Part shown: one piece after another, positions 25,500-38,295 of the stretch
Numbering within the stretch: position 1 is the first letter of the stretch
Layout: the number at the start of each line of letters is the position of its first letter
Assembly (NCBI GenBank): GCA_047967505.1
Contig: CM106538.1
Origin: Dipteris shenzhenensis
Lineage: Eukaryota
DNA length: 64,000 nucleotides
Direction: 5' to 3' (one strand)
Notes under the pieces: model-generated
What the model was told of the DNA's origin: nothing
Database searches by the model: none
Seen by the model: only the letters and a program-made list of their open reading frames with translations
Program-made: the position numbers and the translations under genes

Positions 25500-26180
25500 C
25501 TTTGATAGAGCTCTATGCGAAGAAAAAATCTTGTTGAAAGCCTTGCAAAAGCGGATCATTTTTCGTGATACTTTTTCATTCAGCTTTGGATATCACCTCC
25601 AACATCCAAGTATTCCTTTTGGTAAGTAACTGTTTATCTTGAACAATGGAAGGAATCACATTCCACAATACTGTAGTGCTTAGCATATTTATCCAAGTTT
25701 GGAATCGATCTCTCAATGAATGAGATGCAGTTTTAAAAATGTATCTTTGGAATAATATAATTGCCTTGGGCCAACTAGGCTGCCAGGAAGGCAGGCAAGA
25801 GCAACAGCGAAGCAGGGCGCAAGAGCTGCCATTCAAACAACAGCTGCTGTGCAGCCAGGTTAACGAGACTCAGTTTCCTTTTCCTTTGCATGGCATGGGT
25901 TAGTAAACACTGCGGGGATGCCCACAAGGGACTAGGAATAGTCCAAGAACTAGAATGCATGCATTTGACTAACCTCTCATGGGTTAAAAAAGCTGTCCAG
26001 ACGGAACAACCCCCAATAGACACGCCATAGAAAGACCTGTTGGCGTAGTGGAACCTTGGAGTGCCAAATCTGTTTTAATCTTTTTCTCCACCATTTGACA
26101 GGATGGTGTAAAGCCCAAATCTGATTGGCCCTGTCCGACACCCAAGGTGGTGATAGCAAGAAGAGACTGTGATATAAATC
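25500..26180 (-). mobile_element. L1-type LINE 3' fragment (same family as 6430-8135)
   Basis: LSPPWVSDRANQIW...WHSKVPLRQQVFLWRV matches LPPPWVSHKANQL...SKIPLRQQVF at ~7500-7640. Confidence 0.8.
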
Positions 26181-26789
26181 TATGGTATGTATGTATGTTT
26201 GTACATATCTCTCTCTCCTCTATATATATGTGTGTGTGTGTGTGTGTTCTGGCTGTAGTGCCTCAAATATGCCTATTGTCCATGATTTTAATTTGTTTTT
26301 TGGAAATTCTCAAATAGTCTTTGCATGTATGGTTATTTGGTGGAGATTTAACATGCCCATATGGGAGGAGCCATTGTATAATCTCATTTTGAATGAATGT
26401 CCTAATTACAAAGGCTTAACGTGAGAAATAACACACTGGGCATGTGCTGCGCATACGTGTGTATAGTCGACTAATTCATGGTTTTGGCCATGTGCTTGAG
26501 ATGCCTCTTGTTCTCTCTCCAGATTCAATCATGCAGAGGACAATTGTTTTTAACCATTTCTGAATTTTGAATTCAAGAGCGCAGTAAGTATTAGAGATTC
26601 ATGCCTTGCTTGATGTTAATGGTTTGTTTAATTTACTGCACAGCTCCTAGCCTCCTTGTCACGTCATTCAAAGACTGGCTGTATTGGAATCTGAAAGCAA
26701 TGCATCATTGCAAGCTTCAAGTTTCTTTCATGTATGCTCTAAGCTACCTTATGTTCTGCGTTTTGATGCATGCTCTTTTTTCTCTGTAG

Positions 26790-28062
26790 ATTGAAAAAGC
26801 CAGATTGTGTCTAAATCTATTACCTGAAAGCAAGACCGTCACTGCAGAAATGGACCTCATTGATGCTGTGGTAGTGAAACTTCCTGCTCTTGGAGTTTCA
26901 TTGCTTCCAATGCAAGTCCGGCAAGTGAAAGACCCCATGGAAATTGTCAAAATGGTCTTGAATAATAGCAGTGCAAAGGGTTCTTTAAAGGTTGATGAGG
27001 TTTTGGATGTTGCAAGGCTGTTAGGGATAAATACATCGGATCAGATTGCAATGGTGGAAGAGGCAATTGCACGAGAGGCTGCAGCATCCGGGCAGATTGG
27101 GCTAGCTTTAAATCTTTGCCTTGGTCTAATGAAGAAAGGATATGGAGCTATCTGGGACCTATGTGCCGCTCTTGCCAGAGGACCAGAGTTTGAAGGACTA
27201 AGTTTGAAGTCACGGAAGGAGCTTCTTGGTTTTGCTTTAAGTCACTGTGATGAAGAATCTATTGGGCAGCTTCTGAGTAGCTGGAAAGAGACTGATTTGT
27301 TGAAACGATGCATGGATTTCAAAGAGGCCCTGGCTCTAAAAGTTGCGACTTTTGCAGCTGAAGATTCCAAGGACACGATGAAGCAATTTGAGGAGTTAGA
27401 AGGATTTGAAGAAGAAATCAATTTTGAAGATAGTACAAAAGATTGGCATTTGAGGGAAATACCTGAAAGTTCACGACAACTATTGTTAAAGGTGTTAGAG
27501 GGAGAGACTAATCACAATGATTCAGATGAAATGAGATTCTCAAAAGAAAGAAAATCACTTTTAAATATCCTCTGCTGGCACCTTCCATGGCTTTTGCGGA
27601 TTAGGGAAATCGAGTCAGCAATTCGTACAAATAGTTTTGACAAAAATGATAGCTCGAAGACAAGATATGGCAGATCTACCACAGGCCTTCTGGAGACTTG
27701 CACGGATATGAGCTCATGGTCAATTTCCATCATTCTTCTTGGGCTTGCACATGCTGATCTTCTCCCCAGCGATGAACTTATTTGTCATGTTGCGTGCAAA
27801 ATGATGCAGAAGCCATCAAAAGAAGGTTGTAAGATGATCAGCTGTGGCTATCTGCTGAATCTTGCAGATTATCATTTAGGTCTGGAAATATTTGAAGAGG
27901 AAATGAAATGCAGACAAGAACTTGAAAAATCATGTGAATTAATGAAGATGGCTTTGAAATATACTTCATTGCATGATGCTGCTTCAGCTTTGAAAGGCCC
28001 AAAGCAGAGGAGAGACAGGTTGTTGATGACCTTGAGGGAGTCAAACTACACTCCAGTTTCAG
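26790..28062 (+). CDS. MIP2: MIP2 exon D
   Basis: CTGTAG|ATT acceptor; IEKARLCLN...LGVSLLPMQVRQVKDPMEIVKM...EAIAREAA...IWDLCAALARGP...LLGFALSHCDEESI; donor CAG|GTGAAA, phase 1. Confidence 0.95.
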
Positions 28063-29217
28063 GTGAAATTATATGCAGATAGGCTTTGAAGATCATGTAT
28101 CTATTAGCTAAAAATGTTTTAAAACATAGTGTTTAATATCTACAATAAAAGCTCTCTTATATGTATTTGGGCTGGTGTCCACTTTTTTGTTTTGAAAGTT
28201 GAGTTAGGATATATGGCCAATGGCAGTTATTAAGATTTGATTTCAAGTTAGCACAGGCTCTTGTAATCTGTGTGCAAATAGCCTTATTCTTATTCGTGAC
28301 TCAATAGGTAGCAAGCTCTCTATGCTGTGCATGTCAGGTAGCTGTCTATTACAAATGCCCACATGACACATCAATAGTTTATTCCGCAGGTTTTCCACAT
28401 CCCTTGACGAAGTAAAAGGATATAGACTTCTTTGTGGCCCCCTTGTTCTTAGTCGTTTTCCTTCAACTTGAATGCTTCCATTTCCAAAAATTTATGCTTT
28501 CGCTTCTAGTCTATGCAAAATGCATACAAGTATTTAGGAGTGTGATAGTTTTGCACTAACATGGCAAGGCTGACCTCCTGCCCCCTGAGGCCATGCTAGT
28601 TTTCATTGATCACAGGAATGGAGCACAAGTCGGTGGAGAATCAAAGACTTTAATAATGGTGTGATGGAAGTACTCAAAACCTCAGTTGAATCTTGTATTA
28701 CAAAATGAAAGGTGTTCTGAATTGTGAGGACAAGCAACACGAATTTCCAGAAGAAAATGTGTATCTAATTAATTGTGATATTGACAGGTCTAAGGGTAAT
28801 AGGCCACATGTTTCTTGAATTTTGAGTTTGGCAAACATTCTGGTGGTTGTAGTGCTTCACTGTGATCTTCTAGGCAAGGCTTGTGATATTGCTATATGGT
28901 AAAATTTTGGATCTTCTTTTCTGCTTCTCTTCACATGTGATATTGCTATATGGTAAATTTGTACATAATTGATGTATGTTTGTGTAGCTGCCCTGGCTTA
29001 ACTCTATATTACAGTGTTGACAAATCAGATCAGATTTGCTTTGTGGTAGTTTTGTAGATAATTGATATCACCTTTGTGTAGCTATTCTGGCTCGGTCCAA
29101 ATCCCTGTGTTGACTAATTTTGTTTAAGCATGGAATGTTATTTCTTTCATTGTTTTGCTTTTGTTCATGAGAATGATATAACCATGTGTTCTTGACTAAT
29201 GCCTTCATATTCTGCAG

Positions 29218-29477
29218 GAAGCTCAGAAGCCTATCCAGAAAGAATACCAACATCGGCATCAACATGTATAAAAGAGTGGCAGTTACAGGTCTTACAAAAG
29301 CTGCATGCAGCTCAACAGGCTGTTGAGCTTGAAAAGATCATTCCCAGCTTTGAGATGGATCGATTTGTTAGTGGTGATGAGGACTATATAAAGCATGCTG
29401 TTACATCATTGGTAGAATCAGCTAAGATGAAAGAGGGAAGTGAGCTTGCCCAAGTCAGTAGGGTTGATCAATATCAG
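29218..29477 (+). CDS. MIP2: MIP2 exon E
   Basis: CTGCAG|GA acceptor (phase 1); KEW...LEKIIPSFEMDRFVSGDEDYIKHAVTSLVESAK; donor CAG|GTGCCA, phase 0. Confidence 0.9.
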
Positions 29478-29619
29478 GTGCCAATTCATCTCTTTAACCT
29501 CACTAGATATGTCTTGGATGTCTATATGCAACTCTTACATAAATTCAGGAGACGAGTTGTCGGTTGCATTGTCTTGTATCTGGGGAGGTTTAATTTAGGA
29601 TACATTGCATCCCATCATC

Positions 29620-30023
29620 ACGTGTAGCATCTCAAACCTCCTCCACTCAGCTGTTGAGAGATCACTCCTGCAAAAGTGCATACATGGTATCAAAGAACCA
29701 CCCCTTCGTTGGGGGATCCTGGAAGTGTGCTTGAAAGCATTGTCTTTGTAGTTGTGCCAAAGATCCTTGACCTTGCATAAGCCATGCCTTGGCTACTTGG
29801 ACCATTGTGAATACCGATCTTGTGAAGCCCTGCTTCATCCCAATGGTGCTCTCGACCCAATCCGATAGACCGCCTGGGGCACGGACCCTGCCTTTGACTG
29901 ACTCATATAAGCTCATCACACCCCAAATCAGCATCTCTGGGATCTGCATCTCCTGTAGTCTCCTGATCATGCGGGATCGTGGAACTCTAAGGCCTTTCGA
30001 AAGTCTACGAAGCATGTGTAGAC
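29620..30023 (-). mobile_element. RTE-X-like LINE RT fragment
   Basis: VYTCFVDFRKA...MIRRLQEMQIP...VMSLYESVKGRV...STIGMKQG. Confidence 0.8.
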
Positions 30024-31993
30024 TGTTGGGATATCTCAAGGTGTATACCTCAAGCACACCTTGGTTTCTATGTGTGAGTGCTAGAGGCACAGTTAGGTGC
30101 CCATAAGCACAGTTAGGTGGTGGTAAGCCACATAGGATGATTGAGAGAATTGAGGAGATGATTGAGGAGCTCTGAGTCATCAGTGATGTCAGTGAGCATG
30201 TAAGAGGTGCCTACATAAGGACCTCACTCTTCTTCATTCTATATGCAAGTATTCTGAGTTTGTGTTCACTCCGTGCTTTCCTTTCAGTTTACCAACATGG
30301 TATCAGAGCCATTTGATCCCCCTTGATCCCATTTCTGCCACATCATCATCTTCTTCTCCATCTTCTTCTTCGCCATCTCTTCCGTTTCTCTGCCATTCTC
30401 CACACCCTTCCTGCTGGAGATATATCTCGAAGGGGCGAACCCTTGGCTGCAAGGAATTAACGTATCATCACCTCTGCTCAACGACATTGCACGAAAATCG
30501 GCGACTCTCTTTCCTGCGTTTTCTCTGAGACTGCTCCATGCTTCTCTAATTCCTTTTAGAGGGAGCTTCTCCATACCTTGAGCTATCCTGTGCTGAAATC
30601 TGAGCAGCAATGGCTGCATATTCAAGCTGAAAACAGAGAAAAACCAGTCGAAAATGAAGAGGCAAGCTATGGTGCTTTGACGCGGATTTGCGCCCCTTCT
30701 CCTCAGTGGACCTTCTGTGGTATATGAGCCTTCTTTTGCCTCAGAAACCCCCTTTTTCTTTGCTTTGGAGAGTGAGATACAAGCCCTCCAAGTTCAGTCC
30801 TTTGTTTTTGACAGTTTTGACAAAGTTTTTGAAAGTGATGCTACATAAGATGCTACTTTAGCATTTCTGAGTTTTTGAAGTTTTCAATAGCATCAGTACA
30901 ACTGTGGCTTCAGCTTTGCTTTGAGTTGCTATACCTGGTTTTGATTGGAAAGCTTTCATTTAGCCACCTCTGTGAAGCATATAAGTGAAAGCATCATTGA
31001 TTGAAATTTGGTCACAAGACTTTGCTAATGCTTATATTCTGTAGCTTTTCAGTTGTTATTCTAGCCTTGTAAGAGAGAAGACACTGCCCAATACTTGGGT
31101 TAGACCCTCTCATGGCTTGCTTATTCAAAATATGTGAAAAGCCTAAACATAAAGCAATGTCTTGTTATGCTATAAAGGAAGAAAATGCCAACATGGCTTC
31201 CTTGTTGAAGATTGCCAAGATAATGGTTGCCAAAAAGGAAGTAACTTCAAAGACAGAAAATGCCAATCTACTTTCAGTTGATGTGCCTCCACAAGATGAG
31301 GCATCCTTTGAAGATTATGCTTTTTAAATCATCTCTATGTCTGCTCCAGATCTCTCTTTTTATGTTGAGTCAAGGTAATCAGCCTGGATAGTCCTCCAAA
31401 ATGAATGAAATAAACTATTGTGTTTTGTGTGTTTTGTAAACACCTCTGGTCACCTTATGATGTAGGCCATGTGTATGTGCTTTTGCTCCATGGTACCTCC
31501 TGCAGACATTGTGTGCATGTACATGCAGGGAAGATAACCATTGGAAGGTCTTTTGTATCCCTTTTGTTTACCTTACACCCATGGGAACCCTTGCTAGCTT
31601 GAGATCCTAGCCATTGATAGATCCATGACTACCATGAGATGGCATGAGACACCTTATGCTAGTTGTATCCTTGACATAGCCTGAGGCATTCCCTTGAGGG
31701 GGGGTTTGTTGGGATATCTCAAGGTGTATGTCTCAAGCACACCTTAGTTTCTATGTGTGAGTGCTAGAGGCACAGTTAGGTGCCCATAAGCACAGTTAGG
31801 TGGTGGTAAGCCACATAGGATGATTGAGAGAATCTAGGAGCAGATTGAGGAGATGATTGTGGAGCTCTAAAGTCATCAGTGATGTCAGTGAGCATGTAAG
31901 AGGTGCCTACATAAGGACCTCACTCTTCTTCATTCTATATGCAAGTATTCTGAGTTTATGTTCACTTCGTGCTTTCCTTTCAATTTACCAACA
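30024..31993 (+). mobile_element. Small non-autonomous LTR retrotransposon (TRIM-like), complete
   Basis: LTRs 30024-30297 and 31707-31993 (TG...CA); PBS TGGTATCAGAGC 30298-30309 (tRNA-iMet); PPT GAGGGGGGG 31696-31704; 5-bp TSD TAGAC on both sides; no recognisable internal coding domain. Confidence 0.95.
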
Positions 31994-32009
31994 TAGACTC
32001 TCTCCCGAA

Positions 32010-34860
32010 CCGAGCGGAAATAAGAAAGGGGCAAGGGGACACCTTTGCCGAACCGAGTGGGAAAGCGAAAAGGCCTCCCTCGTGTAGCCACCAATAAGTA
32101 TCTAGCTCAAATTACCTGCATAGAGGGCTGAGACACGTCTGATCCAGCGATCCGAAAAGCCAAGCCTCTGCATGGTGCCCTCCAAGAAAGACCACTCCAC
32201 ACTCTCATAGGCCTTCTCGAAATCCAAAAGCAAAATCGCGAGAGGCTGAGACTTCTCTCTGGTCCAATCTAGTGCCTCCCAGAAAGTAAAGATGTTGTCC
32301 AGGATGCTACGTTCCTAGACAAAACTTGTCTACGTGTCATGAATGATGTCCACTAGGTGAGGGCGAAGCCGCAAGCTCAAGACCTTGGCCAAGATCTTGT
32401 ACACAGTGTCCAAGAGAGTGATCGGTCTCCACTGTCTCAGGTCCAAGCGATCCCCCTCCCTTCGGGATCAAGCATATCCAGCCACGACTCAGGGTCGAAG
32501 GGAGAGAGCCCGAGTCGAAGATCTCCTGAAAAGCCAAGCGGAGGGGGGTATGAATGCACTCCTAGAAGCACCTAAAGAAAGCCGGAGACAACCCGTCCTC
32601 CCTGGGGCACTTTTGGGATGGAAGAGCCCGAAGGGCCTCCCAAAGCTCCGCATTCGAAAAAGGCGCATCTAACTGGCTACTCACACTCCGGGAGACCACC
32701 TCCGGAACGTGCGTCCAAACTGAATCTCAGGCTGCCAAGACCTGCAGGGACGACTCCTCGGCGTGGAACAAGCGCCGATAGAAATCCGAGGTCAACTCCT
32801 AGATCTCCTACGGATCTGAGTGCATCTACCCACTAGAGTCTCTCGATCTCTGCAACTATGCGCCAGCTGATCTAGGGCCAGTGGCCTGAAAGAACTGCTT
32901 GGTCATCTTGTCACCCTGTTGTACCCACCGAGATCTAGAGGAATGGTAGGAGTACTCATCCCGTCTCACCTCAGTATCCTGAAGCTCCAAGCGAGCGCAC
33001 TCATACCGGTCTGCTAACCACTACGACTCGGAATCTTGCTCCCGAAGACATTCAATGTAGGCCAAGTCCCGCCGCAAATCCCTCTCTCTCTCCTGAAGAG
33101 TATGACGGCGGTGCAGAGCATAGATGCGAAGCTTCTCACTGCTCTGCTGAATCACCTCAGCTGCCCACACGGCCCACCTTCCCTACGGGGGGGACTCAGG
33201 TTGCTGCCAAATAGCTATAATACTCTGCTGTACCTCCTCCTCCAGGAGCAAAGCATCTGGAATGCGGAACCCTCTTTGCGGTAGGCCACGACGGGGCTGC
33301 TCTAGGTGAAGAATGATAGGAGAGTGGTCCGAGAGGGTAGTCCTTGCTAGAATACCGGTGGCTCCACCCCTATGCATGGCCCAATCTCCGACATAGAATT
33401 TGTCTAGTCTCTCAAGTAGACCATCCTGCCGCCGCTGCCCAAAGGAGAAGCTGAGACTGCTAGGAGACCTAGAGAACTCCGGTTCCCTTCAGGGGTCCCG
33501 ACCGCAGATCGAGAAAATGAACTGCTCCCAAGTGCTTCTTTCCGAAGCCGGCATCCCAGAATAAGAAGCACCCCCATGCTTGTCCTCCTTAAACTCGAGA
33601 TTGTTCAAGTCACCTCCAACAATCCATGAGTCCACATTTGGGAGGGACTCTGTCAACCGCCTCCAGAAGGCGGGTCGCTGCTGTCTACAAGCTGGGGCAT
33701 ACACATTGAGAATCCCAATCTTGGAGTCCCCAACCCTCAAGCCCATCCATACTGCTCTGCTTGGGATGAGCTCGCCCTAATCGTACACATCCGCTCCAAC
33801 GGATTGGGACACCAAAATGCAGACCTCCCACTCCTGCCAGCCGCTGGGGACCATACCTCAGGACCTCTCCCTAGAAGGAGATGCTGTCTATGTCGAACAT
33901 GTGCGGCTGAAAACACATGCTCCTTGATAAAGAGGAAGTCCACTGTCCACCCAACCACTGCCTTCTGCAACTCCTATCGAAGTAACAGATGCTGCGGTTG
34001 TTGACGCACGCGGTCGTGGAGCTCGTGCACGTTCCAACTCACCATGGTCCAACTCATGGGAAGGTAGGGGGAGTGGAGAACAGAGCTCGCCTATGAGTGG
34101 GAGCCTGTACTTCAACCTGAGACCTCTAAGACTTCGCTACGAGTTTAGATGGAGAGTAATTTGTGTCAGTACGGCGTCGCACCAAGGGCATAATTGGTTC
34201 AATGCCTACCTTGGTGGCCCACTATCTCAGAAATGAGGAATCAACCCCTAATCTGTCTGCACAAAGCTGTAGATTCCAATACATGGCCTGCTAGTCCCAG
34301 GCGAAGCACACAAACTGCAACACCCAGCTCCCGGCAGTCAGTTGAGAAGCCAAGCTGAAAAGTGGCGGTGTGACCATGGGTGACCCACATCTCCCTCCCT
34401 TGGGGGCCAAGCCACTCCTTCATCATATCAAACACCTGCTGCTGCACCATAAGGTCAAACAGTGTGGGAGTCCATTGCTATTCTCCAGACGCCACGAAGA
34501 GAAACCCTCAGAAAGGGTGCGACCGTGAGCCAAACACTCCTATAGAGCCTCCTCGGGGCTGCAAAATCAGGACAAACACCCCTAGCGTCGGGTATCTGTC
34601 AGGGATCTCAAGATAGTTCCACGGCCAGAACTCTCTAGGTAGAGGCTGTCCTGGACGAGGCTTGGGACTTGGAAGCTGCAAAAACAGACCGCCTGAGCTC
34701 TGCTGTGTGGAGGAGGATGCACCCGGACTATGCTACGCCTGGGAAGAGGGGGCCCGAGGCCTGCTGCAAGGGAGCACCTTCTTGCGTGAAGGCACGGGTC
34801 TGGAGAGAGAATCTGTCGCCTCGAGGGGGTGAGCTCAACAATCCAGCCTAGGAGTGGGCT
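32010..34860 (-). mobile_element. L1-type LINE 5' part (ORF1 remnant, APE endonuclease, RT N-half)
   Basis: ILNVYAP, WIVGGDLN, RLDKFYV, LSDHSPI (APE); GWICLIPKGG, LLDFEKAY, SVRQRCPLAPFLF (RT). Confidence 0.9.
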
Positions 34861-34869
34861 CGTGTGGAG

Positions 34870-36051
34870 TGGCTATAGTTTTCATGCTATCACGGATGAC
34901 CTACGGTAAGCCGTCCGTCCCTCACCAGATTATTCAGGCTGAGTTTGGGTCATCCCCACTACAGCTGGATGCAGTATTTCAGGTTATCACCTACCTATAA
35001 CGGGTCAAGGGGTACGGGGATTGCACTTCTGGGCGCAACAGATTACCATGGCTAGGATTGTCCTCTTCTATGGCACTATCAGCAATAGGTGACCAGAGAT
35101 GCCGGTATGCACGCACAGAGAGATGGTTTGAGCAACTGGGGCTCCACATGGATAGACTCCCTCCCTTCCAGTATAGCATTGATATGCCGTTCTCTCCTCT
35201 CTTGTCACACGAGGTCAATCAGGTCATCTGCGAGGATCTTTTACAGCTATACACATTCCGGACTTGGTTGGGACCGAGTGAGCTTCTAGTGAAGCTCAAC
35301 TTCTACAGGGATCATTGTTTACATATCATAGAGGAGGGTTTCATTGACCCACCAGGATATGCGCAGGTCCACTTACCCCACGCGCTGAGGATCTCTATTG
35401 GGCAGTTTCGGGTCTCTTCACATAGACTGTGCATTGAGAGTGGCAAGGCAGAGGGTCTACCTCGAGAGAGGCACATATGCACATTATGTGACATACAGGA
35501 GGTCGAGTTGGAGGAGCATTTCATTTTCAGGTGCCCAGTTTACTCTGAGATCCGAGGACGTTTCTACTGCCTCTTCAGGGACAGTTCTGGGGTGTTGTTC
35601 CGATTTCTCTCCTATCCAGACCAGAGATGCTTGGCGGCTTTCATCCATGATGTAGTCAGGCACGGCAAGCGTCTACTTTGATCATGGAGACAAGAGCAGA
35701 CCTCCTCCTTGGTAGACCCTTCTCAGAGCTCGGTCACTGAGTTCTTCTCACCAGAGCATGTGGACCCCCATACTACGAGGGCCCGACATGATTGGGATCC
35801 AGATCCAACGACATGACAGCTCAGACAAAGGGTTGATGCACAGATTACACTTGGGGATATCCCCTCTCTGTTCAGAGTTAGGGCTCGACCGACACGGGTC
35901 ACTATAGCTCTTGTTAGGCATAGAGCTATGACTAGGAGACGACACCAGACCACGCTCGCGAGCAGCCGACAGCACTCTATCGCCGACTTCATGCTTCCAC
36001 TGTCTCATCCACTTGGATGACCTGATGATGGTGATGATGATGATGATGATG
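34870..36051 (+). mobile_element. RTE-X-like LINE 3' end with (GAT)n tail
   Basis: QFRVSSHRLCIESG...ICTLCDIQEVELEEHFIFRCPVYSEIR C-terminal Cys motif; 3' UTR; GAT repeat tail at 36016-36051. Confidence 0.8.
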
Positions 36052-36089
36052 TGCAGTTGATCACTCTGACATGACTATGTAGTACTTAG

Positions 36090-37100
36090 CACTAGCTTTT
36101 TGCATTCTGCATTGGTGTGGATGCTCGTTTAGTAGCTCCACCCTCACAGTTTGTTTGTATCAGAATTCCGATAGTCTCATAGACCCATCGGTCTTCTGAA
36201 GACTTTAATAAGCTTTCTTCTTTCTCCCTTCTATGCTCTTGGTGCAAGAGTGTGAAGTCATCATCTAGGTATGCCCTAGTCCCCTTCAGTGCTGCCTCAT
36301 TCCCATGAAAGTTGACTGCGTTTCTGAATTTGGTCACCATTGTCCTTGCTTATGCGTCAGCCTTGCCTACTCTCCCGGCTGCCTCAAAATTCAGATTTAT
36401 ACCCATTTTGTTAACCAAGCTTTAACGTCCCCCATCAGGGTGTTACCCACTGCCAGCCTCTGACGAGTACATTCAAGTATTTGCTGTTCCTCCTCTTATC
36501 TTCCTGTAAGCATATGATATGAACTCTTTTTTGGGGGCCGAATTGCCTTTTGTGACCAACCTTTCCACTCTCCCATTTCTAGTTTCCCTCGGTGATCTGC
36601 TGCAAGAATTCAACATGTTTATCTGCTTTCCTCTTCACGAGCTCGTCGTGTTTCCCTACATAGTCCTCATTGCTTCCATTTGCTGTTTGAGTTCTGCATT
36701 TTCTGATTTTATTTCCTTCATTGCATTGCATGTAGCCTGTGTGATCCCTTCATGTTGTTGAGTTTCTTCAACTCAGCTTCCATTGCATCTTTCCCTTTGC
36801 ACTGGTCCTTTCCAGCTCTTTCTCCCAATCTTACTCTTTTATTTTTCTCCTTTCTTCATTCGTCTGGTATCTTCCCCCCTTGGTTCTTAACCTCAGCTAG
36901 GAGTTTGTCCACTTGTGCTTTCTCACCTTTCAATGCCATGCTTGCGACTTTCAGGCAATCAATCTCCTGATCAAAACAAGAAGATTTTTTAAATATGCGT
37001 GAGGACATCAGATGTGGCCTTATGCGGTGTTTCGGCCAAGAAAGTGGCCATGATCTATTCATGGGCCTGTTTCTGACCATGTGTCCTCTATGCAGCCCTG
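36090..37100 (-). mobile_element. Degraded LINE ORF1-like segment (coiled coil plus RRM-like)
   Basis: K/E-rich coiled-coil stretch followed by ...AALKGTRAYLDDDFT, typical of LINE ORF1 C-termini. Confidence 0.55.
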
Positions 37101-37926
37101 TGTCGTGTGCTTGCTCTTTCAGATTTCCTACTTGAATGTAGGTGGGCCTGGGCTAGTGACCCATCCTCAGCGGGGTCCCGCAAAGTCCAGCATGGAGGTA
37201 AGGTCGGGGAATGGGGGGAGCTACAACAGGATATGTAGAGGTAGGGGGTGGAGGAGATGGAATAGGAGAGGGAGAGCAGGCATGGCAGGAGAGAACATGG
37301 TGAAGGGTGAGCTGCGACGAAGGGAGATGGTTGGGGTGGGAGTTGCGAGGATAGGGGGTGGATTGGGAGGGAGAGCAGGTAGAGCGGAGTTGAAGAAAGT
37401 AGGGGCACATGGGAGCCACCTACGAGAGGGGGAGGGAGTTGCGACGGGAGGGGGAGGGGTTGGGAGGGAGGGGAGGGGGGACGGACTTGGGACAGGTTAC
37501 GATGAGAGAAAGGAAAGTAAAAAGACCTAAAAGCGTGGAGCCTCTAAGCAGGCATAAACACTCGTGACGAATACTACAAAGCCATAATCATAAAGATACC
37601 AATACACAAAGAGAAGTCTCTGAGCTCATGAAGAAGATGGGGGTTGGCAGCACTTTGGCGATCATTTAGAAGCTAGCGGAGAGGTCAAGCCTAAGAGGGG
37701 GTCGCGATGTATGAGGTTGTGGTGGAATAAAGCCTGTGATAGAGCCCTGAGGCTGTCGGTATGTGTGGTCCGTTGTGATCTCCTAGCTATGGCCTTGCAA
37801 TAAACAAGTGCCACTGTCACCCCCATTGGCAATCCCCTAATTTGGTGAGCGTGGAGGGAAGTCCCCTAGTCTGATTTGTGCCTCAACTCCTAGCGAGTCT
37901 GTCGTGCCTCTTGCTTTGGTCCTAGG

Positions 37927-38295
37927 CATAGTCACAAGAAACGTTTCGTCTGTTTTGCCGTTTCGTTGTTTCGACAGGTTTTGTTTCGTTTCGTTTCGTG
38001 TTGTTAGACGAAACGGATAGGTTTCGAATTGATACTTAATATATACCCTTATAGGTACAAAAAGATATGTTATATTTAAGTTAGAGTGAACAAAGAGAAA
38101 TATAAAGTCAAGATACTAAAAGGAAATTCAAAACATAAACACCTTGGATTCTAGAAAAAACAGGGCAAAAATGTTTATTTTGATTTGGGCAAAACAAAGG
38201 TTTCGTTGAGAGCGTTTCGTCCTATTTCGAAACGTTTCGTCTGTTTCGCGTTTCGAGGTTTCGAAGAGGACGAAACGGGTTTTCATGTGACTATG
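37927..38295. mobile_element. hAT-type MITE (369 bp)
   Basis: TIRs CATAGTCACA...TGTGACTATG; 8-bp TSD GTCCTAGG / GTCCTAGA (7/8 match); many subterminal GTTTCG/CGAAAC motifs; AT-rich core. Confidence 0.9.

Noticed and set aside
29478-29627. Read-through extension of exon E as the missing MIP2 segment
   Set aside because: Only a weak DVYMQ resemblance, a stop at 29627 and no convincing phase-0 donor.
16007-34860. Complementary L1 halves (3' half 16007-18401, 5' half 32010-34860) as one split element
   Set aside because: Three host exons lie between them in conserved order, so independent truncated insertions are more parsimonious.
37081-37530. Gly/Arg-rich and Pro-rich ORFs
   Set aside because: Artefacts of a purine-rich low-complexity tract.
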